A DNA stretch of 38,882 nucleotides, from sequence record SRR20825006_1572. One strand, 5' to 3'. The notes under the pieces were generated by a model. The model was not told the origin of the DNA, made no database searches, and saw only the letters and a program-made list of their open reading frames with translations. The position numbers and the translations under genes are program-made. Shown in pieces: positions 1 through 9,498 of the stretch. Positions within the stretch are counted from its first letter, which is position 1, and each line of letters starts with the position of its first letter.

Positions 1-26
1 CGGCTCAATAAATCAACAGCCTGCTA
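1..26. repeat. Possible terminal end of a MITE/IS-like repeat at the window edge
   Basis: The minus strand reads TAG-CAGGCTGTTGATTTATTGAGCCG. This resembles the GGCTGTTGA-type terminal inverted repeats of IS5/IS1182-like elements next to a TAG target, and the TAG is the stop codon of the adjacent CDS. The partner end is not in the window. Confidence 0.35.
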
Positions 27-1529
27 AGCACAGGTGACTTTCGAGAACAGCAGCCGACAGGTGTCGATTGCTTCTCGAGAGATCTTCGTGGCAGTCGAAT
101 TGCCATCGACGTAATGTCCCAGTTCGGTCGGGCAAAGATCTTGGTTGGTCATCAGCTTGGACAACACGCGTGAACTGGCGCGGATGGTCAAAGTTTTGGG
201 GCAGGGCAGTCCGTGGGCAACTTCCAATCTGGTCGCGCCCTGACGACTGACCACTCGCCATTGTCCACCACCGGGGCCCAAAATGTTCAGCCCGAGCAAT
301 GTTTGAGGCTGCGTCTCCGCCTGCTCCTCTTCTTTGTATTGCATGGATGCGACGGTTGCATCCCGCAAGTAGTCAACCAAGTGATTGATGGGCTCCACTC
401 GAGGGTCGCGACGCTTGCCCCATCGATCTGCCAAACCAAATGCGAGGTAGCGATGGATCACCGTTTCATCGATTTCGGGACACGGAAGGTCCGAGGTGAA
501 CGCAAGCAGGTTCGAATTGTCGAAGGTTGGATCGGTTGAGTTGTAGGATTCGTAAAGCGAAACGCCAGAGAAATAGTTGCGTTCAAATCCGTTCAGCTCT
601 TCATGAGGAACGTCGATGTCACCGCAATATTGAACCCCGGTTGAGTTGAAGTACGAGCAACAGCAATCAATGATCTTTCGCGGCGTCAGGTGGACCCGAG
701 GAGTCAAATGATACGTTTGCCCGTGAGCGTCCGGCGTATCAAAAAGCCGCGATACCACGTCGGCAACCCAATCGATGGGAACGACATTGCGGCGTTCTTC
801 CCCGGTCATCGGGAGTCGAATGGGGGTGTGCCGGACGCCGTTTTGGTCCGGTTCCACCATTGGCACCAACAATGCCATCAGTCGCAGGTAAGTGTGCAGA
901 CCGTGGTAGCTGGTCGTGTGTCCGGTCTGAGAATCGCCTGAGATCACCGCCGGCCGGTAAACGGTCAGTTGATCCAAGAACGATGCTGCTCGAACGGCTT
1001 GTTCCGCTTCAAATTTGCTTTGTTCGTAGTCGTTCCGAAAGTTCTGTCCGACATCCAAGTCCGATTCACGAACCAAGTCGGTCCGATTGCCGCAAACATA
1101 GGCGGTGGAGAGATAATGGAAGTCTCGGATGTTGGTGTCGCGACAGAACGCCAAGACATTCTGGGTGCCACCCAGGTTGGTTTTCCAAGGGTCGCCGGTT
1201 CGGTCGGAGCCTTGGAATTTCAGCACCGCGGCTCCGTGAATCATTCGGTCGCAATTTTGCCGCACCCATTCGGTCGCACCAGCGCTCAGACCAAGATTTG
1301 GATGGACGATGTCGCCTTCCAAGCAAACTGGGCGAGGTAATTCACGGCCCAGTTCGGTTTCAAACCGTTGCAGAATCGCTTCCACTCGTTCGTGAGCGGT
1401 TTTCTTCTTTGTGCTTCTCGCAAGCACGGCAATGCGTTTGCCGCTCATCATCGCGTTGCGAAGCAGGTACTGTCCGACAAGACCAGTTGCGCTGGTCATC
1501 AAGGTGTATTGATGGTTGCCAATAACCAT
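24..1529 (-). CDS. Extended SDR / thioester-reductase-like (male-sterility NAD-binding) oxidoreductase with a possible C-terminal SCP2-like domain
   Basis: N-terminal TSATGLVG (degenerate TGxxGxxG), IHGAA, YLSTAYVCG, catalytic YEQSK (YxxxK), YRPAVISGDS, VVPIDWVA. The C-terminal LGLNILGPGGGQW resembles SCP2 sterol-binding domains. Confidence 0.8.
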   Translation of the reverse strand: MVIGNHQYTLMTSATGLVGQYLLRNAMMSGKRIAVLARSTKKKTAHERVEAILQRFETELGRELPRPVCLEGDIVHPNLGLSAGATEWVRQNCDRMIHGAAVLKFQGSDRTGDPWKTNLGGTQNVLAFCRDTNIRDFHYLSTAYVCGNRTDLVRESDLDVGQNFRNDYEQSKFEAEQAVRAASFLDQLTVYRPAVISGDSQTGHTTSYHGLHTYLRLMALLVPMVEPDQNGVRHTPIRLPMTGEERRNVVPIDWVADVVSRLFDTPDAHGQTYHLTPRVHLTPRKIIDCCCSYFNSTGVQYCGDIDVPHEELNGFERNYFSGVSLYESYNSTDPTFDNSNLLAFTSDLPCPEIDETVIHRYLAFGLADRWGKRRDPRVEPINHLVDYLRDATVASMQYKEEEQAETQPQTLLGLNILGPGGGQWRVVSRQGATRLEVAHGLPCPKTLTIRASSRVLSKLMTNQDLCPTELGHYVDGNSTATKISREAIDTCRLLFSKVTCA

Positions 1530-1634
1530 AGAGAACAGACGACACGAGGTGCCAAGAAGGCCACGGATGGGATGAGTGGGGGCGGGGATGGTCGTCGGTG
1601 ATTGTAGTGGTCGTCATCAACAAGCTGCAAGGCA

Positions 1635-1654
1635 CTGTCCGGTGAGTCGGACAG
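1635..1654 (-). terminator. Short hairpin downstream of the SHD1 gene (possible terminator or processing stem)
   Basis: CTGTCCG-GTGAGT-CGGACAG is a perfect 7-bp stem about 20 nt past the stop at 1676. It has no U-tract. Confidence 0.3.
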
Positions 1655-1675
1655 GCACTTCAGCGAACGTGTGAA

Positions 1676-3517
1676 TCACCGAATTTTGATCTCCATTGAA
1701 ATGCGCTGAAGTGGCATGGCACCGCGGCCTTGCGAATCGTGCAGTTCGATCGAGTCGTTGGATTTGATAACAAGTGTGTAGCAGATAGGGGGTGATTTCT
1801 CGGCAATCGCTGTTTCGAAGGTTTCTCGAGTGACGGTGGCGACCGCACTTTCGAATTTGACCAATTCGCTTTTGTCTTCTGTCATGCACAGCTGCTTCGC
1901 TTTGTGGGTCCAGGTTCCTTGTTCGAGACTGGTCACACTGTACAGTTGTTCGTTCGATTTTCCGGCCAACATCGTCAGCGTGGAATAGGTCTCGTACGTG
2001 CCGTCGGCGTCGAAGCGATAGGTGCTTCGATTGATTCCCGTGTTCCCGCTGGCGTAGGATTCCTTCACTTCAAAACGCCAGTTGCCGACGACCTGTGAAG
2101 CTGGCTTTTCGGGTTCGGCAGCTTGGGGTTGTTTCGCAGAATTGTTTGCCATCGTTGCCGGTGGATCGTCTTCTTTGGCAACCACTGGATTGAGCGGTAG
2201 ATCGAGGGCACGCAGTTCCGAATTCGAGACGACGCACGAGAAGTGACCCATTGGAATGGGAGCACCCAGTCCGCTGTAACGGTCAACCTTGGTTCCGGAC
2301 TTCCAATCGACCAGTGTGCTGCCATCGATCAGGACATAGTCGTCATCGCAAAAGATGGCACCCTTGCTTGTTCCAACGCCGCCGATCTCTGTGTCTTGAA
2401 TCCACTCGTTGCTGCGAAGATCCAGAATCAAAACGCGACCAATGGATGACAAATAAAGTTTGTCTTCGCTGGGATTGAAGGAGAGTTTGGGATAGTAGAT
2501 GCGTCCGAGATCGCTCAGCGGTTGCGACCCGGTGATCTTCCCTTCCAACAGATCGACCATCACCAGTTGCTTTGCCGAGGCGATCGCCAATTGGCTCAGA
2601 TCAGCATTGGTGTGCCAATAGGGTGGCGATCCCATTTCGATTTGCCAAAGTGCACGTCGTTGTGGCATTTGCCAAGCCACGATGTGCCCAGCTTTGCTGC
2701 AGGTGATCAAACGGTTGTCTGGGCCGGCGGTCGCGAATCGGATGCCGCGGTTGGATTGACCCGCGTAGGGTTTCCATGCGTCGTCGCGTTGTACCTTTCC
2801 ATCGCGAATGTCCCAAGATTGCAAGTCCTCGTTGGTGGTGGTTCCATCCTTGTCTGTCCCGATCATCACGATCGTGCCGCCATCGCCGAGGATGGCGATC
2901 GGGTGCATGGCGGTTCCGGAGACCGCAGGCAGCTCGGTCAATTGACCGGTGCGAAAGTTACCAATCATCAGATGCGTTTGGGCCGTAGGTCCGCTGCCGC
3001 TGATGTCGCTGACGGCCGCTTTCATCAGCAGGCTGTTCGCAGCATGAGGTTGCCGGCGGCCTTGCGGTTTCGGCAAAGCGACCGCACTGGGTTCAAACTC
3101 GGGCGGTTGCGGCTCGGAGACCTTCACGTTCCAAACGGTGTTCGAAAAATCCAAGCGTGGAGCGGCGCCGAGTTCCGCTTCAGGGTCGTTTGAAACCGCG
3201 ATTGGTTTTGGTCGGCCCGTATCAGATGAACGCGAAGATGGAGAACGCGGGGCCGGAGTTTGTGGAACGGATTCCAGACTCTTCAGATACGTTTGATCTG
3301 CCTCACTGAGTCGAACGCTTGCGATCTCAATCTTGCGTCCAGCGCTTGTTTGCAGAACGACCATCTCGCCAACCTTTTCGATCAATTTCGCGGAGACCTG
3401 AAAGCGACCGGTGGAATCCTTCCAAACTCGTTCAACGCTCGGGAGTTTATCCTGGGCGGTTGCAAAGACGAGGCAGAATAGCAATGACGGAATGAGTCCA
3501 ATTGCGATGCGAAACAT
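1676..3517 (-). CDS. Secreted SHD1-domain protein with a WD40-like beta-propeller and a C-terminal lipocalin-like domain
   Basis: Signal peptide (MFRIAIGLIPSLLFCLVFATAQ), SHD1 signature RVWKDSTGRFQVSAKL...LSEADQTYL, Pro/Ser linker, propeller-like repeats, second linker, then VVGNW...YRFDADGTY. Confidence 0.7.
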   Translation of the reverse strand: MFRIAIGLIPSLLFCLVFATAQDKLPSVERVWKDSTGRFQVSAKLIEKVGEMVVLQTSAGRKIEIASVRLSEADQTYLKSLESVPQTPAPRSPSSRSSDTGRPKPIAVSNDPEAELGAAPRLDFSNTVWNVKVSEPQPPEFEPSAVALPKPQGRRQPHAANSLLMKAAVSDISGSGPTAQTHLMIGNFRTGQLTELPAVSGTAMHPIAILGDGGTIVMIGTDKDGTTTNEDLQSWDIRDGKVQRDDAWKPYAGQSNRGIRFATAGPDNRLITCSKAGHIVAWQMPQRRALWQIEMGSPPYWHTNADLSQLAIASAKQLVMVDLLEGKITGSQPLSDLGRIYYPKLSFNPSEDKLYLSSIGRVLILDLRSNEWIQDTEIGGVGTSKGAIFCDDDYVLIDGSTLVDWKSGTKVDRYSGLGAPIPMGHFSCVVSNSELRALDLPLNPVVAKEDDPPATMANNSAKQPQAAEPEKPASQVVGNWRFEVKESYASGNTGINRSTYRFDADGTYETYSTLTMLAGKSNEQLYSVTSLEQGTWTHKAKQLCMTEDKSELVKFESAVATVTRETFETAIAEKSPPICYTLVIKSNDSIELHDSQGRGAMPLQRISMEIKIR

Positions 3518-3553
3518 ACCTTGCTCTCAACTGTTCGAACGCCGGATTGATTG

Positions 3554-3585
3554 GATGAATGCGGGAAGCGATGAACGCGGGAAGC
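3554..3585. repeat. 16-bp tandem direct repeat
   Basis: GATGAATGCGGGAAGC followed directly by GATGAACGCGGGAAGC (15/16 identical), intergenic and upstream of the SHD1 gene. Confidence 0.8.
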
Positions 3586-3638
3586 ATTGTACCGTTGCCA
3601 AGAGCGAGTGTTGTCGTCCGTAACGCGGTGACGCACGT

Positions 3639-6446
3639 TCATTCTTCGCCCAATGAATACTCCAAGCTTTGTTTGCCTGATTTGTCGATCAGTGTGGCCG
3701 TGCCGCTCGCACCACCCACGATGAACTGGCTGCCGTCGCGATTGGAATCCAATGCGTACAGGTAATCTCCGGCGACCTTAGCATTGGTTTCTCTCGCTCC
3801 GTTGTCGGTGCGATAGACCCGGAAAACACTGTCTCCGCTCGTCACTCCGAGTCGATTTTCGCGGCCGACAAAGACCAGTTTCGTCACTTCGGTTTTGAAT
3901 CCAGTGATCGTGCGTGTGGCTTGCCCGGTTTCAATGTTCCAAACTTTGACCGTCGCGTCGGCGGAACCCGTCGCGAGCTCACGAAGATTCGCGTTCCAGG
4001 CAATCGACGTGACATGGTGGGTGTGGCCTTCGAGTGTTTTAATCAGCTTGCCGGATTCGACGTCCCACAGTTTGATCATCTGGTCGGCACCTCCGGTGGC
4101 CAACGTTTGCCCATCCGGTGAAAATCGAACACAGAAAACGGTGTCGCCATGCGGGTTGGGGATCTTTCGAATCAAGGACCCGTCGGAGACTTTCCAAAGC
4201 ATCCATTCGCCCGTCCGAGAAGGCTCGCCGCCACCGGTGGCGAGCAATTTGCCCGAGGGATGAACGTCGATGCTCAACACGCGATCCGCGAAAGGGCTCG
4301 GCCCGGTCGTCGCACCGATGGTTTGGCGAAGACTCCACAAACGGGGCCGAGCGACGAACGCCTGCGTCTGGCCGTTGGTCCCTTGGGTCAGAACGCAACG
4401 ATCTCCGCTCGCGATCAGTCGTCCGTCGGTCGGCAGTTCGGGCAATTCTGCCAACCAGTCGCCGGATTCGGCCCACAGACTCCATGAGTTTTCCGATGCG
4501 TCGTCCGTGTTGGCGGCATGGGTGAGAATGCGAGAGCCTGAGAGCATGACCGCGAATGTGGCGTCGGTCGCACGAGATGAATCGTGACGTGATTGGGACG
4601 CGGTGGCCTTGGCCTTTTTTGATTCGTGATCTTGTTTGAGTTTCGCGAGAATTTGCTGATGACGCTCCCGCTCCGCCTCCAGTTCCTTCAGCCGCGTCTC
4701 TCCACGGACCTTGATTTTCTCGGCTTGACCGAGGGCTGTCACTGCAGCGGCGAGTTCGCCTTCTTGGGTCGCGAGGGCTTGTTCGGCTTCGGCAAGCTTC
4801 TTGGCTGCTGACTCGGCGGCTTGCTTGGCTTCCTCAACACGGGCCTGTTTCTCGTCACGCAGTTTGGTTTTGGTTTCGATGTCTTTGGCGATCGACTCCA
4901 AGCTTTTCTGTTCGGCCGTCACGTCGTCTTCGGCTTGTTTCGCGTCCTTCTCTTGAGCCGCGACCAGTGTCTCGGTGACCAACGTTTGCCAATTGTCGTT
5001 TGCTAATTGAGCTGCTGCGACGGGATCCTTCTTCGCGATTTCGAGATAGCTTTGATCGGCGATGTTGTATCGTCCCAAGGCTCCTGATTCGGTGCTGATC
5101 CACAGCGTGGCACCGTTGGACGAAAGCGATGCAGACACGGCGGGCGAGGGCAATTGGCCGGTTGCTTCGAATGATTGATCGGTTGGATTCCAGTTGGCAA
5201 GGTTGCCTGCTGCATCCATCGCGATCAACCGTCCCGGAGACTCGGACGCCGAGTGAATCGCAAGGACAGCTTGTTCAAAAACGTTGTGCTCTGTCTTGGT
5301 CCAAACCTCTTCGTCTCGCTTCCAAAACAAGACTTGTCCACTGTCGGTCGCGGTCGCTAAGTGATCCACTTCGATCCACTGCATCGAAGTGAACGTGTTG
5401 GCAGCATCGAGGGTTTCGACGTCTTTGCGATCGATTCGAACGATGCGAATCGTACTGTCCCACTGAATCGCGGCTTGTTGACCCGCGCTGTCCAAAGCGA
5501 TCCGAATCTTGGTCGGATTGTCGGTCTTCAGTTCCTCGGTTTTCAGATGATCGGGCAGGTCAAAGCTTTTCATCCACAGCCAGCGATCTTTGCCGACTTC
5601 CGCCACACTCAATTCTCCGCGGCGTGAAAGCACGGCGAAGTGACTGCCGCTGGCGTTCATTGCGATTGCCAGGGTGTCATCCTGGTTGATGGCGGGATTC
5701 GTGGCTGATTCGAATGGCGACATCTCCCAAAGTTTGACGTTGCGATAACCTGCCGAGATGATTTGACGACCGGTTGAATCGATGTGCAGGTCTTGGACGA
5801 AGTCATCATGAGCTGGTTTGGTGACTTCACCTTCGACGATTGCAAGCGTCTCGATGGGCTGAGCGGACTTGGCACCAAACAGACCAATCTCATTTCCAAA
5901 GCTGATCGCGGACAGTCTTCCATCGTCGGTCATGGATGATCCGTAGACGGTCTGCAGCGACGATGGAAGTGGTTGCCACTCTCGCTCGGTCGGTGCACTG
6001 GGGGCTTGGTCGACGACGGCACCGGACTGGATCCAACGTTTTAGCAGGGCCAGTTCCATCGGAGTCAAAATGGATGCCGAGACATCATTGTCCTCCGGCG
6101 GCATCACGGGATCGTCCGCATGAGAGGCGAGCAGAAACAGTCGGCTCGATTCGGGTTTGCCGGGAAGCACGAGATCATCCAATTCGGATGTTCGAATCTG
6201 TTCTCCCGACTCCAAGTTCACACCGCCTTCGTCGTCGCTGCTGTTGTGGCAGGCGACGCAGTTCTTTTTCAACACCGGTGCCACATCGCGGCTGAATAGA
6301 ACTTCGCGGTCGTCCGGCAATTCGCCGATTGGGAGCGTGTCTGCTATCGCTTGGATGGGCCTGCCGACGAGCGAATTAAGTCCGACGCTCCACTCAAAAC
6401 TCAAAGCCAGCACAACGAGCAGCGTCTTCGTGGCTGGACGGATCAT
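3639..6446 (-). CDS. Planctomycete cytochrome c domain + WD40 repeat + coiled-coil protein
   Basis: FSRDVAPVLKKNCVACH heme motif, PGKPESSRL and MPP...LLKRWIQSGA of the planctomycete cytochrome c domain, a central Ala/Glu/Lys coiled coil and C-terminal WD40 repeats (HGDTVFCVRFSPDG, LEGHTHHVTSIAW). ATGA overlap with the upstream gene. Confidence 0.85.
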   Translation of the reverse strand: MIRPATKTLLVVLALSFEWSVGLNSLVGRPIQAIADTLPIGELPDDREVLFSRDVAPVLKKNCVACHNSSDDEGGVNLESGEQIRTSELDDLVLPGKPESSRLFLLASHADDPVMPPEDNDVSASILTPMELALLKRWIQSGAVVDQAPSAPTEREWQPLPSSLQTVYGSSMTDDGRLSAISFGNEIGLFGAKSAQPIETLAIVEGEVTKPAHDDFVQDLHIDSTGRQIISAGYRNVKLWEMSPFESATNPAINQDDTLAIAMNASGSHFAVLSRRGELSVAEVGKDRWLWMKSFDLPDHLKTEELKTDNPTKIRIALDSAGQQAAIQWDSTIRIVRIDRKDVETLDAANTFTSMQWIEVDHLATATDSGQVLFWKRDEEVWTKTEHNVFEQAVLAIHSASESPGRLIAMDAAGNLANWNPTDQSFEATGQLPSPAVSASLSSNGATLWISTESGALGRYNIADQSYLEIAKKDPVAAAQLANDNWQTLVTETLVAAQEKDAKQAEDDVTAEQKSLESIAKDIETKTKLRDEKQARVEEAKQAAESAAKKLAEAEQALATQEGELAAAVTALGQAEKIKVRGETRLKELEAERERHQQILAKLKQDHESKKAKATASQSRHDSSRATDATFAVMLSGSRILTHAANTDDASENSWSLWAESGDWLAELPELPTDGRLIASGDRCVLTQGTNGQTQAFVARPRLWSLRQTIGATTGPSPFADRVLSIDVHPSGKLLATGGGEPSRTGEWMLWKVSDGSLIRKIPNPHGDTVFCVRFSPDGQTLATGGADQMIKLWDVESGKLIKTLEGHTHHVTSIAWNANLRELATGSADATVKVWNIETGQATRTITGFKTEVTKLVFVGRENRLGVTSGDSVFRVYRTDNGARETNAKVAGDYLYALDSNRDGSQFIVGGASGTATLIDKSGKQSLEYSLGEE

Positions 6447-8152
6447 GGCGATGCTTCTTTGGCTGGGACAGGTGGAACGGTGAGCCAGAACTCCGTCAGT
6501 GGAACGGACGGTCGCAGGTCGTAGGTGGCCTGGATGGTCTCTTTCGTTGGTTGATCATCCGCGTCCAGAATGGTCCCCACGATTCGAAAGCGACCATGAC
6601 CGATCGCATTGTCAGCCGCGGTGACTTTCAGTTTGATTGTTTTGGCGGTGTCGCCCTTGGGTTCTGAGACCACGGGTTCTGCCTGGATGCCTTCCGGCAA
6701 ATCGGTTGCGGCGATTCGGATTTTGGATTGGAAGCCAGCCTTGCGATTCACGGACACGCTGAGTTCGAGCGGTTTGGCCTGAGTGACCACGAAGTGATCT
6801 TCCGCAATCGAAAGCTGACATTCGGGTTTCGATTCGCGAATGGACAATTGATAGAAGTGTCGTGGTCCAAACTCACCCAGCATTTCGGAGATCGCGACGT
6901 CGATGGGACCGTCCTCGGCCGCGGTGAAGTCGACTCCCGCGTCATAGCCTCCGGAGGAAACATCGTCGTTGCTGGCGAGTGTTTTGCCTGACTTTGGATC
7001 TGTGATCGTGAGCTTGGAATCGAGCAAGAATCCATCGGCTTTGGACCGAACCTCGCCCCGGTACTTTTTGCCTTTGTTGGCATTGAACGAGTAGCGATGC
7101 GTTTCATCTGCCTTCGTGAAATGGCCGAACATCAGAGCGGGCAGTGTCCCCTCGAACTCGTCCCCAGGCAAAACTCGATGGACCGTTTCATCAACTGACG
7201 GGACCCAAGACCAACCCAAGGCACCAGGAATGGTCGCGATGGGAGGCGAGAGGTTTTCGGCGATGTCGGAAACAGTCGCGGTTTGATCTTCGAGGTTGTA
7301 GCCAAACGCGATGGCTCTCTTTTCGTTGGCCGCAACATGATCCACAAAGGGACCCGTGGTCACGTCCAACGTGTAAAGGAACGAGGCGGATCCCGCGTAG
7401 CCGATCGTGCTGTTGGGCGTTTCGGGAAATGCGAAAATTCGAATCAGCAGATCTTGATCCGAGTCGGCTGGGTAGACGATTTGTGGGTCCAGCCCACGGG
7501 CATCGTCGGAATGGTAGAGCACGTTCCCGCGGAGATCGGTCAATTGCAGCACCGCATCCATCGGCGACTTCAACACTTGGTTGGCGGTCGCGGACACGAC
7601 CAACGTCTGGCCCGATTTCAGTGACACGCGGTAAGCATCACTGTCTCCGCCCTTCGCCAAACGTCCCGCAACCAAAGTGGGAAGCTCGATGGGGTTGGCC
7701 TGCGAACGTTTGTCATTGGGCTCTGTTTCAGAGAACACGTCGGCGGTGGAGAGAACCAGAGGAACCAATCCGGTCATGGACTGGTCATCGTGGAATCGGA
7801 TCCACGCGACTCCCGACGAGGCATCGTCGGCAACTTTGATCGTTAGCTTTCCGGACTCTTCGCCAGCCGAGACGGAAACCTGGTCGACATCGCAATCGAT
7901 GTTGGGCGGCCAATTGGGAAAGGTGCCCTCTGCGGTGACCGCTGTCTCGGCACCAACGGCAACCGCCGGCGGAAACACGCGATCCAGCTTGATTTGTGCG
8001 TGAGCCCATTGCGGGGTGAAGCAGCACGAAACCAGCATCCAGGTCAGTCGATGACGGAGTGCGGCAAAGACCACGGAGCAACCCGCATCGCGTGAACGAA
8101 GAATGCTTTTGTCGCCGCACTTGCGGTTGATTGAATTCAAGGAGTGACGCAC
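6443..8152 (-). CDS. Pre-peptidase C-terminal (PPC) domain-containing secreted protein
   Basis: ETEPND motif, GRLAKGGDSDAY, DAVLQLTD...SDDARGLDP and a second PPC-like repeat (DSKLTITD...NDD). The GTG start overlaps the upstream TAG. An alternative ATG lies at 8038. Confidence 0.75.
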   Translation of the reverse strand: MRHSLNSINRKCGDKSILRSRDAGCSVVFAALRHRLTWMLVSCCFTPQWAHAQIKLDRVFPPAVAVGAETAVTAEGTFPNWPPNIDCDVDQVSVSAGEESGKLTIKVADDASSGVAWIRFHDDQSMTGLVPLVLSTADVFSETEPNDKRSQANPIELPTLVAGRLAKGGDSDAYRVSLKSGQTLVVSATANQVLKSPMDAVLQLTDLRGNVLYHSDDARGLDPQIVYPADSDQDLLIRIFAFPETPNSTIGYAGSASFLYTLDVTTGPFVDHVAANEKRAIAFGYNLEDQTATVSDIAENLSPPIATIPGALGWSWVPSVDETVHRVLPGDEFEGTLPALMFGHFTKADETHRYSFNANKGKKYRGEVRSKADGFLLDSKLTITDPKSGKTLASNDDVSSGGYDAGVDFTAAEDGPIDVAISEMLGEFGPRHFYQLSIRESKPECQLSIAEDHFVVTQAKPLELSVSVNRKAGFQSKIRIAATDLPEGIQAEPVVSEPKGDTAKTIKLKVTAADNAIGHGRFRIVGTILDADDQPTKETIQATYDLRPSVPLTEFWLTVPPVPAKEASP

Positions 8153-9492
8153 TAGCTCATCAACTCGGTGATTGGAGTTGCGTCGCTAACCAAGTGAGTG
8201 GGACGTCCCTCGCCGGTGTACATCATTTGGCCCGGATCGATGCCCAGTTTTTCATAGATCGTCGACACAAAGTTCTCTGGCGAGAGGACTCGTTCGACGG
8301 CCGCGTAACCCTGTCGGTCGGTCGCCCCGATGACTTGCCCGCCCGGCGTCTGGCCGCCGGCGAACACGACGCTCATGGCGTTGGACCAATGGTCGCGACC
8401 ACCGCGTTCGTTGATTTTGGGCGTCCGTCCGAACTCGCCCAAGACAACCACCAAGGTGCGTTCCAGCATGCCTTGTTCTTTGAGGTCGGAAATCAGCGCC
8501 GCGACGGTGGCTTCAAACGGCGGAAGTTTCTTATCCAGTGCATTGAAGATGTCGACGTGATGATCCCAGCCTCCGCTGTAAAGCGTCACGAAGGGAACGC
8601 CTGCACCGACCAGTCGCCTCGCCAACAGGGCTTGTTGACCAAACGGGTTCCGCCCGTAGGCATCGCGAACCGCGTCGGATTCTTGGTGAATGTCGAAAGC
8701 GGCCTGAGCTTCTTTGCTGCTGATGATTTGCAGGCTCTGTTGATAGAACTCATCGACCGCCAAGGTTGGGTCGGCGACGCTGGCATCATTGAAACGCATC
8801 ATCGTGTCGATGCGTTGACGGATTTGTTGTCGGGAACTGAAGCGGCCGTCGGTCAGTCCCGTGGGAATCGTGACATCACGCACGCGAAAGCTGGAACGGT
8901 TGGGATCGTCGGGAACCACAAACGGTGCGTACTTGCTGCCTAGGAAATTTGGCCCGCCCGATCGCGACATCCGGGGCAGTGAAAAGTAGGCGGGGATCCC
9001 ATGTGGTGCGCCGATCTCTTTGGAAACCACACTGCCCAGGCTGGGATGGAAACTGACAAACGCACCACAACCAACAGGGATGCGAGGCGGGGCCCCGGTC
9101 ATCATGTAGTGATTGCCGGCGCCGTGGTTGCCTTGGTCATGTCGAATCGATCGAACAATGGCCAGGTCATCGCTGATCGCCGCCATCTTTTGCATCGGTT
9201 GGGCGAACTGGATCCCAGGCGTCTGGGTCGCGATTGGCTGGTAAGAACCACGAATTTCGACGGGTGCATCCGGCTTCGGGTCAAACGTCTCGTAGTGACT
9301 GGGGCCACCATCCATCCAAACCAAGATGCATGCATCGGCCTGAGCGTTTTTGCGGCGCGAACCTGAACCCTCCGACGCGCGTGCTTGTGCACTCAGCGCT
9401 CCCGAGAGGCCTCCGCCGATCAGTCCGCCAAGACCCAATTTCAGACCGTCGCGGCGCGTCAGTCCTTCACAGTTTGTCCAAGTGTTCGACAT
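8152..9492 (-). CDS. DUF1501 domain protein (Tat-like signal)
   Basis: TRRDGLKLG twin-arginine-like motif, WMDGGPSHYETFDPKP, ARRLVGAGVPFV, GWDHH, GEFGRTPKIN...GRDHW. Confidence 0.92.
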   Translation of the reverse strand: MSNTWTNCEGLTRRDGLKLGLGGLIGGGLSGALSAQARASEGSGSRRKNAQADACILVWMDGGPSHYETFDPKPDAPVEIRGSYQPIATQTPGIQFAQPMQKMAAISDDLAIVRSIRHDQGNHGAGNHYMMTGAPPRIPVGCGAFVSFHPSLGSVVSKEIGAPHGIPAYFSLPRMSRSGGPNFLGSKYAPFVVPDDPNRSSFRVRDVTIPTGLTDGRFSSRQQIRQRIDTMMRFNDASVADPTLAVDEFYQQSLQIISSKEAQAAFDIHQESDAVRDAYGRNPFGQQALLARRLVGAGVPFVTLYSGGWDHHVDIFNALDKKLPPFEATVAALISDLKEQGMLERTLVVVLGEFGRTPKINERGGRDHWSNAMSVVFAGGQTPGGQVIGATDRQGYAAVERVLSPENFVSTIYEKLGIDPGQMMYTGEGRPTHLVSDATPITELMS

Positions 9493-9498
9493 GGTTCA

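Noticed and set aside
1541-1556. TTGGCAC on the minus strand upstream of the reductase as a sigma54 promoter
   Set aside because: There is no GC at the -12 position (it reads GTCG), and it is too close to the start codon.
5521-5548. Short in-frame duplication encoding LKTEELKTD
   Set aside because: A minor slippage within a loop of the WD40 protein, with no evidence of function.
8131-8943. 270-aa plus-strand ORF, and similar ones at 21941-22819, 10981-11682 and 25634-26320
   Set aside because: These are antisense shadows of well-supported genes.
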